From assembly GCF_009914755.1 (NCBI RefSeq), contig NC_060929.1: a DNA stretch of 64,000 bases, one strand, 5' to 3'. Below are positions 56,926 to 64,000 of this stretch, piece by piece. The translations under genes were made by a program, and so were the position numbers. The first letter of the stretch is position 1. Every line of letters begins with the position of its first letter. Under the pieces are notes generated by a model. It was not told the DNA's origin and made no database searches. It saw nothing but the letters and a program-made list of their open reading frames with translations. The DNA is from the human T2T-CHM13v2.0 reference genome, Homo sapiens.

Positions 56926-57714
56926 TTACCACTTTTACTCTGATGCTATTTTACCACAATTCTTTTTCAGGCTCACCATTGAAGTTCTGATTTTAGTAAT
57001 TCTTTATGAGTACCTCCTAAAGGTGTCTCTGACAGACGGCATTATCTTATAGACATAATTAGTTACATGCTTCAGTATTCCAAAGTGAGGTTGGATATTT
57101 TTGTTTACTCACACAGTAGAAGTGTATAGTGGGTGGAGAAGTTGGGAAATAAAATCACATGGTCTTTTGACACTCTCCAGACTGTTTTGGTTTGTAGATA
57201 TATGACAGCTGACGTGTGCAGGGTATGAGAGTGTGGAGATGAGGGAGAAAAGAGAAGCTCAGATTATCTGGATACTCTTGTCTTAGTTTTCTCCATGAGA
57301 ACATAAGCAAGCAAGAAAGGCTCAGATTATTCTGTGAATAGATAATTTGAACAAATACAGGGTTTAAAAAAAATGAAATACAAATGTCAATTTCTACAAT
57401 GATGTTTAGGTAACAATGCCAATATCAAATATAAACATAATAAAGAACAATGTTCTTATCTAACACTTGATGCACTCCATTGTCTGACTACGATAATGAT
57501 TTGGGACTGTGGTGAAAAGAGAAGTGAACCCACTTTCTAGGACCGAATACGTGGGCAACCTGGGGAATGTTTTGTAAATTCCAGACATTATTTAAAAAAT
57601 TGTTATAATAGAATTGAGATTCATAGTTCATAGATAGCACATAGTATGAAGATATATTATACATCTCTAACGTATTGCTTGGAGAAACCTACCAAGAGGG
57701 TTGAGATCTGTTGT

Positions 57715-58312
57715 TATTGTGGAATCTGCTAATTTTTTCCTGTTTAGCATCTCTGTTACCTTTGGGGAATGCACCTCCTTCAATGCCTGTGCACCTGATG
57801 ATTCCTCACAACCATCACAGGGTTTGGGCAAACGATGAACTCTGAGACAATCCTAGTAGCTTTGTTCCTCTCTAAATACAATAGGTATTCTATTTGGGTA
57901 CATGGTCTATAATAAGCCAGTCATTCTTTCCTAAATTGTTATACAGTTGCTGTGAGAAAGTTATTTTTTTCCCATCCAGTTTCTAAGCTAAGTGGATATG
58001 AAAGCAGAAATATCCATGGCCATTTTCCCCATCATGTGCAGACACCAATTTGCAAATTGAAGTCACATCACAAACAAGGGCAAAGCAGAGAGATGGAGAA
58101 TCATAGCACACCCTGAAATAATAATATGAACCCCCATCTGCTTGTATTAAATAGCCAGAAAATATTCAATTTGCAACAATAGTTACATTGAGCTTACTCT
58201 GATGTCCTGTTTTTCTTAATTCTGAAGGAAGTTCTGCACTGAGGTTTTAAGTTACAAGAATTTATCAGTTCCCATTTGAGCCGACTATCTGCACCTTGCA
58301 ACAAAGAAAACT
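57715..58312 (+). mobile_element. Old MLT1 (J/L-like) LTR, interrupted by an 87-bp duplicated segment
   Basis: GGCCATTTTCCCCATCATGTG..AGCAGAGAGATGGAGA..CACCTTGCAACAAAGAA. Confidence 0.5.
58137..58223 (+). repeat. 87-bp dispersed direct repeat, copy 2
   Basis: 84/87 identical to 56839-56925. Confidence 0.95.
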
Positions 58313-58795
58313 GTGGGCAACATTGCTGTTCTCCACACCAAAACCTTCCCCTCTGATCAGGTTTGCTGGCTGTTGGCTGTATATATACATGCACCCTTTG
58401 CTCTGAACTTTGGCTTAGGTTGTGACCTTACTGGTCCCTTACATTTATTGTAAAACTATTTATCTAAATTCTATTTATCCTTTATGTCCCAGGTAAAATT
58501 CTTTCTTCATCAGCCTTCACTAATAGCCTTCACAGCCTTCTGAGCTCATTGTATTTATTTTCTGTACTGCTAAATGAAAATTTAATCTAATATTGCCTCA
58601 AGCTACTTCTTGAATTATTGTTATTTAATTTATATGTGTGTGTCACCAATTAATTTATAAGCTCATTCAAGACAAAGAATATGTACTATACTGCCTATAT
58701 CTTTCTAAAAGGTAATCATAATGATAAACACATTATAAGAACTTGAAAAATATTTGTTGTCTGTGTAACAGAATGAACTGAAAACAATGCCATAC

Positions 58796-61700
58796 TCTTT
58801 TTTAAAATTTTATATGTTCTTTTTAATTTTTGTGGGTACCTAATAGAGGTATATGTTTATATAGGGGTACATGAGATGTTTTGATACAGGCATGCAATGT
58901 ATAATAATTACATCATGGAAAATGGGGTATCCATCCCCTCAAGCATTTATCCTTTGTGTTACAAACAATCCCGTTAATTCTTTTAGTTATTTTACAATGT
59001 ACAATTAAGTTAGTGACTACAGTCACCCTGTTGTGCTAATAGTAGATTTTATTCATTCTTTATAAATATTTTGGACCCACCAACAATCTCTGCCTCTCCA
59101 CCACCCACTCACTCCTGTTCCTAGCCTCTGGTAACCATCCTTCTACTCTCTATGTCCATGAGTTCAATTGTTTTGATTTTTAGATCCCACAAATGAGTGA
59201 GAACAAATGATGTCTTTCTGTTCCTGGCTTATTTCACTTAACATAATGACCTCCAGTTCCATCCATATTGTTGCAAATGACAGGATCTCATTCTTTTTTA
59301 TGGCTGAATAGTACTCCATTGTGTATATGTACCACATTTTCTTTATCCATCCATCTGCTGATGGACACTTATGTTGCTTCCAAATCTTAGCTATTGTGAA
59401 CAGTGCCGCAACAAATATGGGAGTGCAGATATCTCTTCAATATATTGATTTTCTTTCTTTTGGGTATATACTCAGCAATGGGATTGCTGGATCATATGGT
59501 AGCTCTATTTTTTGTTTTGTTTTTTTAGAAGCCTCCAAACTGTTCTCCATAGTGGTTGTACTAATTTACATTCCTGCTAATAGTGGATAGGGTTCCCTTT
59601 TCTTCACATCATTACCAACATTTATTATTACCTGTCTTTTGGATATAAGCCATTTTAACTGGGGTGAGATGATATCTCATTGTAGTTTTGATTTGCATTC
59701 CTCTGATGATCAATAATGTTGAGCACCTTTTCATATGCCTGTTTGCCATTTATATGTCTTCTTTTGAGAAATGCCTATTCAGATCTTTTGCCCATTTTGA
59801 TTTTTTTCCTGTAGAGTTGTCTGAGCTCATTATATATTCTGGTTATTAATCCCTTGTCGGATGGGTAATTTGCAAATACTTTTTCCATTGTTTGGGTTGT
59901 CTCTTCACTTTATTGATTGTTTCCTTTGCTGTGCAGAAGCTTTTTAACTTGATGCGATCCCATTTATTCATTTTTGCTTTGGTTGCCTGTGCTCATGGGG
60001 TATTAATCAAGATTTTTTTTCCCAGACGAATGTCCTGGAGATTTTCCCCAGCATTTTATTGTAGTAGTTTCATAGTGTGAGGTCTTAGATTTAAGTCTTT
60101 AATTCATTTTGATTTGATTTTTGTGAATGGAGAGAGAGAGGAGTCTAGTTACATTCTTCTGAATATGGACATCCAGTTTTCTGTGAACTATTTATTGAAG
60201 AGACTGTCTTTTCCCCAGTATTTGTTCTTGGCATCTGGGTTGAAAGTGAGTTACTGTAGGTGTGCAGGTTTATTTCTGGCTTCTCTTTTCTATTCCATTG
60301 GCCTCTGTGTTTGTTTTTATGCCAGTATCAAACTGTTTTAGCTACTATACTTCTGTAGTATAATTTGAAGTCAGGTAATGTGATTCCTTCAGTTTTGTTT
60401 TTTGCTTATGATAGCTTTGGCTATTCTGGGTCTTTTGTGGTTCCATATAAATCTTAGTATTGTTTTGTCTATTTCTGAGAAGAATGTCACTGGTATTTTG
60501 ATAGGAATTGCATTGATTCTGTAGATTGCTTTGGGTTTTATGGGCATTTTAAGATTATTGATTCTTTAATCCATAATCATGGAATATTTTTCCATTTTTT
60601 GGTGTCCTCTTCAATTTCTTTTATCAATGTTTTATAGTTTGCCTTATAGAGATCTTTCACTTCTCTGGTTAATTCCTAGGTGATTAACTTCACTTGTAGC
60701 TATTGTAAATGACATTACTTTTTTATTTCATTTTCACATTTTTCACTGTTGGCATATAGAAATGCCACACTGATTTTTATATATAGAAATCAGCATACTG
60801 ATTTTTGTATGCTGATTTTGCATCCTGCAACTTTCCTGAATTTATTTACCAGTTCTAGGTTTGTTTGTGTAGTATTTAGGTTTTTACAAATAGAAGATTA
60901 TATCATCTGCAAGGAAGGATAATTTGACTTCTGCCTTGCCAATTTGGATGCTTTTTATTTCTTCCTCTTTTCTGACTCCTCTAGCTAGGACTTCCTGTAC
61001 TATGTTGAATAACAGTGGTGACAATGAGCCTTCTTGTTGTGCTCTGGATCTTAGATGAAAGGATTTCCGTTTTTCCCCATTCAGCATGATACTAGCTGAG
61101 GGTTTGTCACATATGGCTTCAATATGATGAGGTATATTCCTTCTACACCCAGTTTTTTATAAAAGGATGTTGAATTGTATCAAATGCTTTTTCACCATCA
61201 CTTGAAATAATCATATGGTTTTTATCCTTCATTCCGTTGATATGATATATTACACTGATTGACTTGCATATGTTGAACCATTCTTGAATCTCAGGAATTA
61301 ATTCCACTTGGTCATGATGAAAAATCTTTCTAATGTATTTTTCAATTCAGCTTGCTAGCATTTTGTTGAGGACTTTTGCATCAATATTCCTCAGAGATAT
61401 TGGCCTGTAGTTTTCTTTGTCTGATGTGTCTTTGACTGGTTTTGGGATCGGGGTAATGCTGGCCTCATAGAATGAGTTTGAAAGCACTCCCTCCTCCTAT
61501 GTTTTTTGGAACAGATTGAGTAGGATTGGTATTAGTTATTCTTAAAATGTTTGGTAGAATTCAACAGTGAAACCATTAGGTTCTGGGCTTTTCTTTACTG
61601 GAAGACTTTTTATTACAGCTTTGATCTCATTACTTGTTATTGCTCTGTTCAGGTTTTGGATTTCTTCCTAGTTCAATTGGTAGGTTGTATGTATCTAAGA

Positions 61701-64000
61701 ATTTGTCCATTTCTTCTAGATTTCCCAATTAACTATGAGCATACAGTTGCTCATAGTAGTCTCTACTGATCCTTTGAATTTCTTCAGTATCAGTTGTAAT
61801 GTCTCCTATTTTGTTTCTGATTTTATTTAGATCTTCTCTTTTTTCTTCTTAGTCTGGCTAAGGGTTTGTCAATTTTGTTTAACTTTTTTGAAAAACAGCT
61901 TTTTGTTTCATTGATCTTTTGTATTTTTTCATTTCAATTTCATTTATTTCTGCTCTGCTCTTTATTCTTTATTATTTTCTTCTACCAATTTTGGGTTTGA
62001 TTTGCTCTTGCTTTTCTAGTTCTTTAACATGCATCATTAGGTTCTTTATTTGAAGTTTTTCCTGTTTTTTGATGTAGGCACTGATAAGCTACAAACTTCC
62101 CCCATAGTACTGGTTTTGCTGTATCCCATAGGTTTTGGTATGTTGTGTTTCCATTATCATTTGTTTCAAAGCATTTTCTAACTTATTCGTTGACCCACTG
62201 GTCATTCAGGAGCCTATTCTTTAATTTCCATGTGTTTGTATAGTTTCCAAAGTTCCTCTTGTTATTGACGTTTGGTTACATTCCATTGTGGCCAGAGAAG
62301 ATGCTTGGCATTATTTCAATATGTTCAGTGTTTTAAGACTTGCTTTGTGAACTAACATATGGTCTATCATTGAGAATGACCCATGTGCTAAAGAAAAGAA
62401 TGTGTATTCTATAGTCACTGGGTGAAATATTCTGTAAATACTTATTAGATCCATTTGGTATACAGAGCACATTGAGTCTAATATTTCTTTTTTGATGTTC
62501 TGTCTGGAAGATCTGTCTGGAAGAAATGCTGAAATGGGGTGTTGAAGTCTCCAGCTATTATTGTATTGGAGTAGCTCTAATAATATTTGCTTTATACATG
62601 TTGGTGCTCAAGTGTGTGTGCATATATATTTAAAATTGTTATATTCTTTTGCTGAACTGACGTCTTTATCATTATATATTGACCTTCTTTGTTTCTTCTT
62701 ATTGTTTTTGTCTTGAAATCTGTTTTGTCTGAAAGAAGTATAGCAACTTCTGCTCTTTTTTGGTTTCCATTGGCATGGAATTATCTTTTTCCATCCCTTT
62801 ATTTTCAGTTTTTGTGTGTTTTTATAGGTGAAGTGTGTTTCTTACAGACAACAGATCAATCGGTCTTTCTTTTTTCATCCATTCAGCTGCTCTATGACCT
62901 CTTATTGGAGAGTTTAGTCCATTTATATTCAATGTTACTATTGAGAAGTAAGGACTTCCTCCTGCCATTTTGCTATGTGTTTTCTGGTTGTCCTGTGCTC
63001 ATCTCTTCCTTTTTTCTTTCATTTCCTTTCTTCCTTTAGTGAGCATGTTTTTCTCTGGTGATATGATTTATATTCTTGCTTTTAATTTTTTGTGTATCCA
63101 ATGTATCTTTTTTGGCTTGAGGTTACCATGAAGGTTGCAAATACTATCTTATAACCCATTATTTTAACCTGATAACAACTTAACATAGTTTGCATAAACA
63201 AACAAACAAAAAGAAAACTAAAAAAAAACCAACTCTATGCCTTAACTTTGTCTCCCGCTTTTTACCTTTTTTTGTTTTAATTTTTATCTTATTGTACTTT
63301 ACTATCTATGTCTTGAAAAGTTGTTGTAGTCATTTATTTATTTGGTTCAATGTTCAGTCTTTATACAGAGGATGAGTAGTTTACACATCACAGTTAGTGT
63401 TATAACAGTTTGTGTTTTTCTGCATGCTTACTATTACCAGTGGGTTTTATATCTTCAGATATTTCTTTTTGCTCATTACATTCCTTTTCTTTCTTATTGA
63501 AGTACTCCCTTTGGCTTTTCCTGTAGGACAGGTCTGGTATTGACGAAATCCCTCAGCTTATGTTTGCCTCAGAAAGTCTTTATTTCTCCTTCACATTTGA
63601 AGAATATTTTCACTGGATATACTATTCTAGGATAAAACTTTTTCTCATTCAGCACTTTATATACGTCATGCCACTCTCTCCTGGCCTGTAATGTTTTTAC
63701 TGAAAAATCTGCTGCCAGACGTATTGCAGCTCCATTGTATATTATCTGTTTCTTTTCTTTTGCTACTTTAGGATCCTTCCTTTATCCTTGATCTTTGGAA
63801 ATTTTATTATTAAATTCGTTGAGGTGGTATTCTTTGAGTTAAATCTGCTTGGTGTTTCATAACCTTCTTGTAATTGGATGTTGCTATCTTTCCCTAGGTT
63901 TGGGGGATTCTGTTATTATCCCTTTAAATACATTTCCTACTCCTATCTCTTTTCCTACCATGTACTTGGGGCCAATAACTCAGATTTGCCATCTTGAGGC
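58796..64000 (-). mobile_element. Long L1MA (L1MA1-3-like) element: 3'UTR, ORF2 and inter-ORF/ORF1 remnants, continuing past the window
   Basis: GGGGTACATGAGATGTTTTGATACAGGCATGCAATG 3' end; RT remnant [14 protein letters not shown] in ORF 60884-61087. Confidence 0.92.

Overview
Primate (human-like) AT-rich, repeat-dense genomic DNA with no intact protein-coding gene. Main elements: (1) a disabled processed pseudogene of mitochondrial MTHFD2 on the minus strand (~716-2797). Its 3'UTR abuts an L1PA at the window edge. It carries a 186-nt, frame-preserving extra segment exactly at the parental exon1/exon2 junction and keeps a CpG-rich 5' end next to a strong CTCF motif. (2) A full-length MSTA MaLR element (10202-12774, TSD CTTAG). 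(3) A near-complete two-LTR HERV-L provirus (27986-34361, minus strand) with MLT2A-type LTRs, a tRNA-Leu PBS and decayed gag-PR-RT-RH-IN-dUTPase. (4) Many L1, Alu, MIR, L2, MaLR and hAT/mariner fossils, including a twin-primed inverted L1 and a 3'-truncated Alu with TSD. Local oddities include a 72-bp palindrome, an 87-bp dispersed duplication, a palindromic 33-bp tandem repeat in ERV gag and a ~555-bp unexplained insert in an old L1. Repeat subfamily calls and boundaries are by eye from recalled consensus sequences and are approximate.
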